Both the position numbers and the translations under genes were made by a program. From a virus (Duplodnaviria > Heunggongvirae > Uroviricota > Caudoviricetes), in the IMG/VR virus record IMGVR_UViG_2778261203_000004: 11,745 nt of DNA; one strand, written 5' to 3'. How positions within the stretch are numbered: position 1 is the stretch's first letter; each line of letters opens with the position of its first letter. The notes below the pieces were generated by a model. It was given only the letters and a program-made list of their open reading frames with translations. It ran no database searches and was not told the origin of the DNA. Positions 1-7,743 of the stretch are shown here, in pieces.

Positions 1-1236
1 CTACGATAACCGCGCATTCAACATGGCTATCTGTTCGTCGTTCATGTCATCAATCCACATACCGTAAATTTCATACACCATCTGCGCAGTTTCATGCCCC
101 ATTTGGCTGGCTATAAATGCCGGGTTCGCTCCTGCCGTCAACAGCCAGCAGGCAAAAGTATGCCGCGTATGGTACGGATTACGGCGGCGAATACCAGCAC
201 GTTTTACTGCTGCATTCCACCTTGCCCCCAAACTGCTTACCGAGTAATAAGGTTTTTGTTTTCCGTTACACACCCTGGGCATGAAAACAAAATGCAGTTT
301 TTGCTTTTCGGTTCTGCCGTACTCCCGATGATAAAAGGTGATTTCGCTTTTGCGATGATGCCCGGTCAGTTTGTATTGCTCCTTCAGTGCTTCAAGAGCA
401 GGCTGCAGTAGTGTTACTGTTCGGATCCCGGCATTTGTTTTTGGGGGGCCGAACATATCAAGTATCGTCAGGTTTCTTCTGACATTCACTATTCCCTTTT
501 CGAGATCCACATCCTCCCACGCCAGAGCTGCCAGTTCCCCGTGACGAAGTCCTGAGTAAACGGCAAATTTCCACAAGTTCTGGCTCTGTCCTTTTTCACT
601 TTCCATTAATGCATTGAATTCTGTTTTAGATAACGGATCAGGCTTTATTCTGTTTCGCTGTAATTTTTTTACTCCTTCAAATGGTTTGGTTGATATAAAT
701 CCCGACTGATACGCAAAACGCAACAGCGAACAGAGCAGGGCGATATAGTTATCAACTGTGCGCACGGTTCTTCCTTTTTTGTTGGATCTTGGATTATCCA
801 GGTAAAGCGTTTCTCCATGCAGCAGTTCATTCCGGTAGTTTAAGATATCGCTATAACGAATATGTGATATCGGGGTACTTTCACAAATTATTATTCTGAG
901 TATTTTTAATTGTGATTTCGTTTTCTTCATTGTGTTTGTTGTTAACTCTGTCTCTTTAATTTTTGTCCAGATATCACAAAGCTCTCCGAACGTTTTTATG
1001 ACTCTCGTTGTCACCATTTTTGCCCCAGTGCTGGACTGGGGAAAACGTCTTAAATACTCAAATTCACCGGAGTTTATTTCATGAACTATCAGCGCTCTTA
1101 AATTTCCGGCCTTTTTAATATTACTGTTTGTAATCTCCCAGCCTTTTAATGTTTCCCGACATCGTTTTCCTCGAAACATGAACCAGATGCGAATGTATCT
1201 ACCTCTAATCTCGACACCTGTTGGTAATTTAGACAT
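1..1236 (-). CDS. intR: Prophage integrase, tyrosine recombinase family (411 aa)
   Basis: Full 411 aa ORF; start ATG at 1234-1236 (complement), stop at 1-3. C-terminal region has the H-x-x-R and catalytic Tyr context typical of tyrosine recombinases (YHTRHTFA ... VYEIYG). N-terminus MSKLPTGVEIRGRYIRIWF recognised from memory as Rac IntR. Confidence 0.9.
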   Translation of the reverse strand: MSKLPTGVEIRGRYIRIWFMFRGKRCRETLKGWEITNSNIKKAGNLRALIVHEINSGEFEYLRRFPQSSTGAKMVTTRVIKTFGELCDIWTKIKETELTTNTMKKTKSQLKILRIIICESTPISHIRYSDILNYRNELLHGETLYLDNPRSNKKGRTVRTVDNYIALLCSLLRFAYQSGFISTKPFEGVKKLQRNRIKPDPLSKTEFNALMESEKGQSQNLWKFAVYSGLRHGELAALAWEDVDLEKGIVNVRRNLTILDMFGPPKTNAGIRTVTLLQPALEALKEQYKLTGHHRKSEITFYHREYGRTEKQKLHFVFMPRVCNGKQKPYYSVSSLGARWNAAVKRAGIRRRNPYHTRHTFACWLLTAGANPAFIASQMGHETAQMVYEIYGMWIDDMNDEQIAMLNARLS

Positions 1237-1237
1237 A

Positions 1238-1453
1238 TCATGAGTCTTTGATAAACTGATTTATCTTTGGATAGTTGTACCAGATAATCCCTCGTTTGCT
1301 GTCTGGCTTACCTAAAGGAGATACTCGTTTGAAGTGGAAGCCCTCCACCCAACAGTTCTGGCGGTATGCTTCAATTTGTCTGGCCCCCAGACCAGTGCGA
1401 AGCATCAGGCCGTATTCAACCATCCACTCTTCATTAAAGATTACTTGTGCCAT
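1238..1453 (-). CDS. xisR: Excisionase-like small DNA-binding protein (71 aa from ATG at 1453; track ORF extends to a TTG at 1477)
   Basis: Small ORF immediately upstream of the integrase; its stop (1238-1240) is 1 nt from the int start. ATG at 1453 is preceded by GAGGTGA at about 5 nt spacing. The track's upstream start is TTG (complement of caa at 1475-1477), which I consider less likely. Confidence 0.7.
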   Translation of the reverse strand: MAQVIFNEEWMVEYGLMLRTGLGARQIEAYRQNCWVEGFHFKRVSPLGKPDSKRGIIWYNYPKINQFIKDS

Positions 1454-1531
1454 CGCATCACCTCTGGCAGGCGCCAATGTTAGACTGAAATTGACGCCCG
1501 ATGTTGATTATTAATAATCAGCTATGAAGTT

Positions 1532-1741
1532 TTAATTTGAATACAATGCAATTCTCGAGGACTGAAGTTTCTCGCAATTAAAATTTATCAGTTTTACTTT
1601 CTGCTCTCTGGAAACGCCTGCTTCTTTTTTACCTGAGAGCATTTTTTCGCATTCTGATTTCGTTAGTTTAGATTTTGAATATCTTGTCCAGTTAGTAGGA
1701 GTGCCACCTTCCTTTTCAATAGTGGCGGTAATTTTATACAT
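1532..1741 (-). CDS. ydaC: Small prophage protein of unknown function (69 aa)
   Basis: The track ORF 1532..1813 would overlap ralR by 80 nt. The internal ATG at 1741 (MYKITATIEKEGG...) is preceded by a strong GGAGGTG Shine-Dalgarno and gives 69 aa, with only an 8 nt overlap with the ralR 3' end. Confidence 0.65.
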   Translation of the reverse strand: MYKITATIEKEGGTPTNWTRYSKSKLTKSECEKMLSGKKEAGVSREQKVKLINFNCEKLQSSRIALYSN

Positions 1742-1928
1742 GAACACCTCCATTATTATTTCCAGTGGTTCGTTTATTCCATCTTTCGAGTGCTTCTTTT
1801 TCACTTCCACCATAACCGGTTCGGGATTCGCATCCGTTACACTTCGCTCGGTAATATCCTGAAATGGCTTTCACCGTTACTGATGGGCAACCACAAAATG
1901 GACATGGTTTAATATTGTCATATCTCAT
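1734..1928 (-). CDS. ralR: RalR/Lar-like restriction-alleviation protein, type I toxin (64 aa)
   Basis: Translation MRYDNIKPCPFCGCPSVTVKAISGYYRAKCNGCESRTGYGGSEKEALERWNKRTTGNNNGGVHV with two CxxC pairs. Start at ATG 1928 chosen over the upstream ATGs at 1940 and 1967, which lack a ribosome-binding site. Recognised from memory as Rac RalR. Confidence 0.75.
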   Translation of the reverse strand: MRYDNIKPCPFCGCPSVTVKAISGYYRAKCNGCESRTGYGGSEKEALERWNKRTTGNNNGGVHV

Positions 1929-1984
1929 AATTTTTCTCATAAAAAATATTTCAAGTTGGCGGTGCATTACACCGCCAGGCTGAA

Positions 1985-2794
1985 TTATTCCTCTGAATTA
2001 TCGATTACACTGTATTCCCCGGTTAATACAGAGGAATCTGCAGGATCGATTGTCAGTGGTTCCTTTTCATCCATTGATACTGCACGCTGGATCTCAATTG
2101 ATACGGGCAAATATTTGAACAGGCGACGAATAGCCGTTTTCTTTGCCATTTCTTCCCAGTGAGTTACCCACGGCCCGTTATTACCAGCTTTACTCAGGCT
2201 GCGCACCAGCTCAATCTGTTTGCGCGTCATAACTTCAAACTGAGTACCTCCGTCTTTCAGTCTTGCGACAGCATAGACGTGGGTAACCGGGGCATCTTCG
2301 TTTTCTCCCGGGCGGTGTATTAACTTTTCATCAAGGCCAAATTCGAAGCTAAACTCGTCACCTTCACGGACAACACGGGCTGACAGGCTGGCGATTTGAC
2401 CAGAACGGCGAGCCAGATCAATCATGCCGCGATAGCCAATGATTAGCTGAACGTTCTTTTTATCGCTCTTTTCGTTTTTATTACCAAAAGGCAGTAAATA
2501 TGCATGACCGAGGGCGCTACCTGGCTCAAGTCCGAGCTGTGAACACTGTACGATCGCACTGACAAAACTCATAGTGTCACAGTTTCCTAACGCCGGAACT
2601 TTACGAATTTCTGTGGTGGCGATACGGATCATACGTTCAGCCGTCATATGGCGTGGAAGAGCTGCTGCCAGTTGCTCTTTCATTGATGGCTGGTTAATAA
2701 AACTAATCACGTCGCTATTTTTAACTGCTGCTGGTGCACGGTTTCCCTGAGTTTTTTGCAGATCGGCTTTTGCGATTGGTGGTTGCTTAGTCAT
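1985..2794 (-). CDS. recT: RecT single-strand annealing protein (269 aa)
   Basis: Protein begins [24 protein letters not shown]. The ATG at 2794 is preceded by AAGGAA at about 9 nt, whereas the track's longer N-terminus (ATG at 2851) has none. The 3' end of recE overlaps it by 8 nt, suggesting translational coupling. Confidence 0.9.
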   Translation of the reverse strand: MTKQPPIAKADLQKTQGNRAPAAVKNSDVISFINQPSMKEQLAAALPRHMTAERMIRIATTEIRKVPALGNCDTMSFVSAIVQCSQLGLEPGSALGHAYLLPFGNKNEKSDKKNVQLIIGYRGMIDLARRSGQIASLSARVVREGDEFSFEFGLDEKLIHRPGENEDAPVTHVYAVARLKDGGTQFEVMTRKQIELVRSLSKAGNNGPWVTHWEEMAKKTAIRRLFKYLPVSIEIQRAVSMDEKEPLTIDPADSSVLTGEYSVIDNSEE

Positions 2795-5387
2795 TTGCAT
2801 ATTCCTTAGCCCAGCGGGGCAGTGATAATGTCTTAATAGCTGGCCATTCATCGGTATTCAGGCAGTCAGACAGGGTTCGCAGATTGCGGTGATATTCCTG
2901 TTGACCTGCCAGTTTTGCTTCTTCGCCCATCATGAAAATTTCAACCGGATAACGTCCGCATTCAATAGTTGTGCTGGCAACCAGAAAAACGAAAGTTGGC
3001 TGCACTCCAAACTGTGCTTCATAACCGTCACTGTAGAATGCATCCTGAACGTGATAGCGGTAGTCGTAATAAGCGGTTTTGAATCGTTGAATATCCGCCG
3101 TAGTTTTCACGTCCATGATCCAGTGAAATTCAGGGATAATTTTGTCCGGACGGCACCGACACAAAATTCCTGTTTCAGGATCTTCCCAGTAAATTGATGA
3201 TTCAGCGTGTCCGGCGCTTTCAACAAGCCATTGCCCCAGCGGCAAAGCCATAACGCTTTGATACATGAGTTCAATTTTCCGGCCTTCTTCCGCAGTGATA
3301 ACCGTTTTTCCTGTGCTTGCGCATTCCATCAGAAACGCTTTCTCTTCTTCTTTTCCGGCGTTTGTACGGCGGTTAAATTCAGGTGCTACGATAAAGCGGT
3401 TACTGAATTCTTCCGGTTCAAGTACCCGGCAGTGGAAAGCAGTTCCTAAATCGAGCGTTTTTGTCTTTGTGGTGTCCACGGGGGCATTTTTACGCCACAA
3501 ATATAGTGCCGGAGTATCAGCAATGTCATCGAGCTGAGACTTACTGATACCGGGACCCGCGTGGTAATTCTCATTCGAAATTCCGTAATAAATACCTGGC
3601 TCTATGTCTTCTACGATTACGGGATCTGCGACTTCGCCAGTTTCATCACTGCAATCGCGATGCGGATCGCTGCCAGCATTCTCATTGTGCGGATGTTCAG
3701 CGCCTTCCATTTCCTCCGGATCATTTTCCTTAGCTTCAACCTGACTCTCTTCATCGAATGTTTCCTGGTATGTTGCGTCGCCCATCACCGCACCACAGTC
3801 AGGGCAGTTATCCCCGCCAGTCTGGCCGCAGGCATTGCAGGCTATTTCCGGTTCCTGTTGCACTACTGGCTCAGGTTGATTCATATCCGGGCTGGTTTTT
3901 TCCGTTTCTGGCTGGTTCTGGTACACACAATCGCGAGTCTGGATCCCCTTTACCCATTTCGGATCGTTCGGGTCGCTAATTCCGTCAACAAATTCATCAC
4001 GTGATGCAGCAAGCAATTTATCGGCATCGACAGGATTTTTTGATGGAATGTTTTTCCGGGCTTCATGGAGTTCTGCCCGCAGTTCCTGATATTTCGCATC
4101 AACAGAATTTACCTGTGACTGAGCATCCAGCGGCTGCGTGTCCTGATGATGTTCAGTTGCGTCCGGTTCCATTGTTTCAGCCTCTCCCTGTTCAACTGCC
4201 GTTGTTCCAGATGGTTGCGGTTTTTCTTCATCATCCTGTTTTCCTTCTTCTGTTACTCGCTGCGGCATCGGGGCAGAGGAGCGACCGCAGGCAATATCCA
4301 CGATTTCCGGATCAGGGTTGGCATGATCGGTTTCAGTCAGTACTTTGTTCAGATATTCAGTGACGTGCGCGGGGATGACCTCGATCCCAATTGGTGCTTC
4401 TTTTACGGACGCAACCACGATGGCGCGGGAATAATCCAGCCCGCCAGGCATGGTGATGAATTTGTCGCGGAAAACAGAAAAGGGCGGTTTATTTTCAGCG
4501 ATAATTTCCTCAATGCGTTTAGCGTGTGCCGGATGAAGGTTATAGATGTCCAGATCCATTGAACGGGCCAGTACGCCAGTGGCTACGTCGCGCGCCAGTG
4601 ACGTCAGATCGTGTACGAAACCTTCGCCGCGATCGGTGAGGTTTCCGCCGCCAGCATTAGCACCGGAAGCCGTGCGAGTGATGTGTGAAACACGATTACC
4701 CTTCATCCACTCTTTTGTCAGCAGTCCTCGATCGGTGTAGTCAGCGTTCAGGTATGCTTCGAAAAAAGCAGTTATCAGTCCCAGGTTTGAATTACCAGGA
4801 TTAGGGAAAACTTTGTCAGTGTCACGAACCAGTTTGTGGAGTTCGCGAATTTCCAGCGGGTCGAGCAGGCTGGTTTTGTGGGAAACAGCCAGGGCAGTAA
4901 CAGCCGGTAGTTCTTCAGCCCGAGCAATGTGTAATGCCTGGAGTCCGTCGCGTGAAACGTGCGTTACCGGTTTTTCGCTGCCGTGTTGAGCAAGCCAACG
5001 AATGGGCAGTTCCTGGCCAGAAATTGGGAGTAGCATATTCTCCTCAATCTCAGTCATGTCTTCGCCGTTGACGTTGGTATTGCCTTGATAGTGAGCGTTG
5101 TCTGGTGCTGCTCCCGGTTTTAGTTCCCATGTCATGGAGTCTTTGCTGAGTTGATAGCGTTCACTCCAGGTAAAATCGATCTCACCTTCAGCGGGCAGGT
5201 CATTAACGACAGGAAAATTCGTGGCAACAGCTTTAAAATAGCTGCTCAGTTTTTTACCTGACTTAACGATCAGGTAGTCCAGAGTGGCACAGGTCGATTC
5301 AAAATCGTTGCTTGCCCACAGGACGACGTCAGGTTCACCGGATGATTTTTTCGCTTTCCGTAACAGGAAGAGTGGTTTTGTGCTCAT
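2787..5387 (-). CDS. recE: RecE exonuclease VIII (866 aa)
   Basis: Single 866 aa ORF; GAGG Shine-Dalgarno upstream of ATG at 5387. Long acidic, low-complexity N-terminal and central region, then a C-terminal nuclease region. Directly upstream of recT with an 8 nt overlap. Confidence 0.9.
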   Translation of the reverse strand: MSTKPLFLLRKAKKSSGEPDVVLWASNDFESTCATLDYLIVKSGKKLSSYFKAVATNFPVVNDLPAEGEIDFTWSERYQLSKDSMTWELKPGAAPDNAHYQGNTNVNGEDMTEIEENMLLPISGQELPIRWLAQHGSEKPVTHVSRDGLQALHIARAEELPAVTALAVSHKTSLLDPLEIRELHKLVRDTDKVFPNPGNSNLGLITAFFEAYLNADYTDRGLLTKEWMKGNRVSHITRTASGANAGGGNLTDRGEGFVHDLTSLARDVATGVLARSMDLDIYNLHPAHAKRIEEIIAENKPPFSVFRDKFITMPGGLDYSRAIVVASVKEAPIGIEVIPAHVTEYLNKVLTETDHANPDPEIVDIACGRSSAPMPQRVTEEGKQDDEEKPQPSGTTAVEQGEAETMEPDATEHHQDTQPLDAQSQVNSVDAKYQELRAELHEARKNIPSKNPVDADKLLAASRDEFVDGISDPNDPKWVKGIQTRDCVYQNQPETEKTSPDMNQPEPVVQQEPEIACNACGQTGGDNCPDCGAVMGDATYQETFDEESQVEAKENDPEEMEGAEHPHNENAGSDPHRDCSDETGEVADPVIVEDIEPGIYYGISNENYHAGPGISKSQLDDIADTPALYLWRKNAPVDTTKTKTLDLGTAFHCRVLEPEEFSNRFIVAPEFNRRTNAGKEEEKAFLMECASTGKTVITAEEGRKIELMYQSVMALPLGQWLVESAGHAESSIYWEDPETGILCRCRPDKIIPEFHWIMDVKTTADIQRFKTAYYDYRYHVQDAFYSDGYEAQFGVQPTFVFLVASTTIECGRYPVEIFMMGEEAKLAGQQEYHRNLRTLSDCLNTDEWPAIKTLSLPRWAKEYAND

Positions 5388-5458
5388 TGTTTTTTAACCT
5401 CAACTCAGATTAAAATTCGTTTTGTTCAGTGAATGATCTTGCCGGATACACACTGTTC

Positions 5459-5483
5459 ATAGCCTGCGCCATACGCAGGCTAT
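5459..5483. other. Perfect 10 bp stem / 5 nt loop hairpin in the racC-recE intercistronic region
   Basis: ATAGCCTGCG ccata CGCAGGCTAT, every stem position pairs. On the + strand it is followed by TTTCTTTC; on the minus-strand (operon) transcript it sits between the racC stop (5489-5491) and the recE ribosome-binding site. Confidence 0.5.
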
Positions 5484-5488
5484 TTCTT

Positions 5489-5764
5489 TCAGATTTCACC
5501 TTTTAATTTCATTGCAATTAGAGTTGCCAGAAATTCGGCTTTTTTTTCTGCGGGCAGATTCTTTCCGATATGCACCAGGCACATTTTTTTGACACCTTCA
5601 TCAAGTGTTTTTACGTTGCCTGATGGACCATCGATATCAACCACAGTGAATGGGGTTTCTTTATTTTCTGTTTTAATTACGTAGCCAATGCGCTTTCCTT
5701 CCAGATTCACCTCGTGAACAATGTCATCGGTAGTTACAACAGTGGCTTCATAATTGGTAATCAT
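5489..5764 (-). CDS. racC: Small prophage protein RacC, function unknown (91 aa)
   Basis: 91 aa ORF with a perfect AAGGAG Shine-Dalgarno (complement of 5768-5773) upstream of ATG at 5764. Sequence MITNYEATVVTTDDIVHEV recognised from memory. Confidence 0.8.
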   Translation of the reverse strand: MITNYEATVVTTDDIVHEVNLEGKRIGYVIKTENKETPFTVVDIDGPSGNVKTLDEGVKKMCLVHIGKNLPAEKKAEFLATLIAMKLKGEI

Positions 5765-5837
5765 GTTTTTCTCCTTAATTAGGTTGAGCGAATACCTGCC
5801 ATTTCTGGCATAAATTCAGTTTCGAATAGTCAATTAA

Positions 5838-6008
5838 TTAAAGTTCATGTGCCATCTGGTCTTTTTCGGCACAAGCTTCACTGCAATATTTTCTCGGTTC
5901 GTCTTTTGATAAAATCCCGTGCATGAAGTGAAGCATTCTTTCAATAGCTTTGCTTTCTTCAACGTCTTTTTTGCAAAGGTGGTAAGCACATTTTATTTTC
6001 TTAGTCAT
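5838..6008 (-). CDS. ydaE: Small Cys4 putative zinc-binding protein (56 aa)
   Basis: Below the 60 aa cut-off of the ORF track. My hand translation of the complement from 6008 gives [56 protein letters not shown], stop at 5838-5840. Cys at positions 7, 12, 42 and 46. The ATG overlaps the kilR stop as ATGA; GGAG sits about 9 nt upstream. Confidence 0.7.
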   Translation of the reverse strand: MTKKIKCAYHLCKKDVEESKAIERMLHFMHGILSKDEPRKYCSEACAEKDQMAHEL

Positions 6009-6229
6009 CACCATGACTCCGCCTTTACAGGTAAACCATCACGACCGAGGAAGACTTTAATCATGCGGTCAGTAATGCATGTTTTTGTGGTCAGGTTACG
6101 AATATATAGTTTTCGCTTTTTAATATTGTTTGCCGAGGCAATATATGTCCGGCCTTCATGAAGAACATAATCGCCAGGAGTCACACACTGACGTGGTATT
6201 TCATCAGTTCCGAAGTGATGTGCAATCAT
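6008..6229 (-). CDS. kilR: KilR, prophage Kil-type cell-division inhibitor (73 aa)
   Basis: [46 protein letters not shown]...; ATG at 6229 preceded by TGGAGAT. The track ORF starts 4 codons further upstream without a ribosome-binding site. Confidence 0.8.
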   Translation of the reverse strand: MIAHHFGTDEIPRQCVTPGDYVLHEGRTYIASANNIKKRKLYIRNLTTKTCITDRMIKVFLGRDGLPVKAESW

Positions 6230-6404
6230 AATTATCTCCATTTTTACAAATGAACTTTGTTGATGCGGTGCCTGGTGCCTCCAGGTGACTGCAACCAGTT
6301 AACAATTACAGTCGGCTTTCCCACCCAAACCAATAAGGACTAACATGACTTTTAACTGTGCCACGTGCGCTTAGCCGCATTCACCGCATCACAAAATTCA
6401 CTTT

Positions 6405-6452
6405 AAAAAGGGCGGACATCAGCCGAACTTCAAGAAAAAAACTGATGCCGCC
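6405..6452 (-). terminator. Candidate imperfect stem-loop followed by a T5 run on the minus strand, inside the kilR-sieB gap
   Basis: Minus-strand reading: GGCGGCATCAG - about 19 nt loop - CTGATGTCCGCC, then CTTTTTAAAG. The stem has one bulge and the loop is long for an intrinsic terminator, so this is weak. Confidence 0.25.
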
Positions 6453-6670
6453 AGGACTACACACAGCAATGTCGTTATTTACAACCGGAGGCGCACTCCC
6501 ACCATTTAAATTTAACAGACAAGACCGACTCTTTATGGATATCGGAAATGCGCCTTCGTGTTGTGCCCGGTTTTATTTCACCACCTCCGGGCTTCGGTGG
6601 TCTCGGCTATACCCCTACAGCGAGAGCTTGTGTTAACATTTCAATACCCTTACAGTTGAGAGTTATTGAT

Positions 6671-7159
6671 ATGTTGGATGTATTTACTCCATTGTTGAAA
6701 CTTTTTGCTAACGAGCCACTCGAAAGACTTATGTATACGATTATCATTTTTGGTCTCACTCTCTGGCTGATACCGAAAGAGTTTACTGTCGCATTCAATG
6801 CTTATACTGAAATACCTTGGCTCTTTCAGATTATCGTTTTTGCCTTTTCTTTCGTGGTCGCCATTTCCTTCTCAAGATTGCGAGCACATATTCAAAAGCA
6901 TTATTCATTACTGCCAGAGCAACGAGTATTGCTTCGTTTATCTGAGAAAGAAATCGCTGTATTTAAAGATTTCCTTAAAACAGGAAATCTTATTATCACT
7001 TCTCCTTGCCGTAACCCGGTTATGAAAAAATTAGAACGGAAGGGCATCATTCAACATCAGAGTGATAGCGCAAACTGTTCTTATTATCTCGTCACCGAAA
7101 AATACTCCCATTTTATGAAGTTATTCTGGAACAGCAGGAGTAGACGTTTTAATCGTTAG
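6671..7159 (+). CDS. sieB: SieB superinfection-exclusion membrane protein (162 aa)
   Basis: Start taken at ATG 6671 (MLDVFTPLLKLFANEPLERLMYTIIIFGLTLWLIP...), not the track's upstream ATG at 6548. Two hydrophobic helices (TIIIFGLTLWLI; WLFQIIVFAFSFVVAISF). It is the only + strand gene inside the leftward block. Confidence 0.8.
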   Translation: MLDVFTPLLKLFANEPLERLMYTIIIFGLTLWLIPKEFTVAFNAYTEIPWLFQIIVFAFSFVVAISFSRLRAHIQKHYSLLPEQRVLLRLSEKEIAVFKDFLKTGNLIITSPCRNPVMKKLERKGIIQHQSDSANCSYYLVTEKYSHFMKLFWNSRSRRFNR

Positions 7160-7311
7160 CTTACTGTGTGCTTCTCCAACCATCGGCGCGCACCAGTTTC
7201 GGTTTTAAATGTTTTGCTTTTGGTATACGTCATGGCAGTGAACGTTCCATCCTGGTTGGGGAACACGCCGCACACCAGGGATTCGTTGTTGCCGAGGTCG
7301 ATTTTTTGCAT
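7156..7311 (-). CDS. ydaF: Small hypothetical prophage protein (51 aa)
   Basis: Below the track cut-off. My translation of the complement from ATG 7311: MQKIDLGNNESLVCGVFPNQDGTFTAMTYTKSKTFKTETGARRWLEKHTVS, stop at 7156-7158. Converges on sieB with a 4 nt overlap. Weak ribosome-binding site. Confidence 0.55.
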   Translation of the reverse strand: MQKIDLGNNESLVCGVFPNQDGTFTAMTYTKSKTFKTETGARRWLEKHTVS

Positions 7312-7321
7312 TTTGCGAATC

Positions 7322-7456
7322 TCACATCTTGTTGCTACGTATAGCGACTTCTGCCTGCCAGAGATCCCAGTCGTTGCTGCGTAAAGCCTGCACAGCCTGG
7401 TTGTAAGTGATACCGCAACAATCCATCAAATACTGAACTACTTCGTAATGCACCAT
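7322..7456 (-). CDS. ydaG: Small hypothetical prophage protein (44 aa)
   Basis: Below the track cut-off. My translation from ATG 7456: MVHYEVVQYLMDCCGITYNQAVQALRSNDWDLWQAEVAIRSNKM, stop at 7322-7324. AAGGGGA about 12 nt upstream. Sits 10 nt upstream of ydaF. Confidence 0.55.
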   Translation of the reverse strand: MVHYEVVQYLMDCCGITYNQAVQALRSNDWDLWQAEVAIRSNKM

Positions 7457-7619
7457 CTTATCTATCCCCTTAACGCCGGGTGGCGGAACTAACTGCTGCA
7501 CTGCAAAATTTGAATCCCGCCGTCATGTTCATACGCCTCGGGCTGGCTACTTAACCCCTGACCACTGCCTGGTAACTCGAAGTATTGCCCGGCGTTCTGT
7601 GGGGCGGGGTGGGTTGGTA

Positions 7620-7672
7620 GGTATATAATGTACTTTGTGTTCATCATTGTAAAGTACTTTAAGTACATTTTA
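7620..7672. promoter_or_regulatory. AT-rich block with three GTACT-core sites; candidate leftward promoter/operator region
   Basis: ATGTACT at 7628-7634, palindrome AAGTACTT at 7652-7659, AGTACAT (ATGTACT on the minus strand) at 7662-7668; TATAAT at 7623-7628. Lies between the racR 3' end and the ydaG start. The same ATGTACT heptamer occurs twice in the racR-ydaS control region. Confidence 0.35.
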
Positions 7673-7743
7673 TGTATAAAAAAATGAGACGGGATAAAGT
7701 GAAGCACAAACCCGGAGGGGGACGCTACCGGATTTATGCTGGT

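Noticed and set aside
94-411. + strand 105 aa ORF inside intR
   Set aside because: Antisense to the well-supported integrase ORF; no ribosome-binding site; Cys/Arg-rich shadow-frame composition.
1275-1514. + strand 79 aa ORF opposite xisR
   Set aside because: Fully antisense to the excisionase ORF, which has a good ribosome-binding site and the expected position next to int.
1956-2162. + strand 68 aa ORF overlapping the recT 3' end
   Set aside because: Antisense to recT with no ribosome-binding site. I considered whether it marks the RalA small RNA region but cannot support either a protein or an RNA call from sequence alone.
2889-4740. Eight + strand ORFs (2889..3197, 3207..3449, 3265..3537, 3561..4004, 3758..3979, 4001..4363, 4146..4562, 4546..4740)
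   Set aside because: All lie antisense within the 866 aa recE ORF, have odd composition (F/L/R/C-rich), no ribosome-binding sites, and overlap each other; they are shadow ORFs of a long coding region.
5919-6161. + strand 80 aa ORF over ydaE/kilR
   Set aside because: Antisense to two well-supported minus-strand genes; hydrophobic junk-like translation.
6358-6636. + strand 92 aa ORF in the kilR-sieB gap
   Set aside because: No ribosome-binding site that I can identify, arginine-rich low-complexity translation, and it runs through the hairpin-rich region; more likely non-coding. The region itself is kept as a finding.
6548-6670. Upstream extension of sieB to 203 aa
   Set aside because: The N-terminal 41 codons are Pro/Gly-rich with no ribosome-binding site; the ATG at 6671 gives the expected 162 aa membrane protein.
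6607-7384. ORFs 6607..6798 (-), 6798..7025 (+) and 7166..7384 (+)
   Set aside because: They overlap sieB in alternative frames or lie antisense to ydaF/ydaG; no ribosome-binding sites.
7597-7620. G-rich tract GTGGGGCGGGGTGGGTTGGTAGG as a possible G-quadruplex
   Set aside because: Only three runs of three or more G plus short GG runs; marginal for a stable G4 and with no supporting context.
7489-7707. Minus-strand 72 aa ORF in the ydaG-racR gap
   Set aside because: Spans the AT-rich repeat block and G-rich tract and has no ribosome-binding site; the region is better explained as regulatory DNA.
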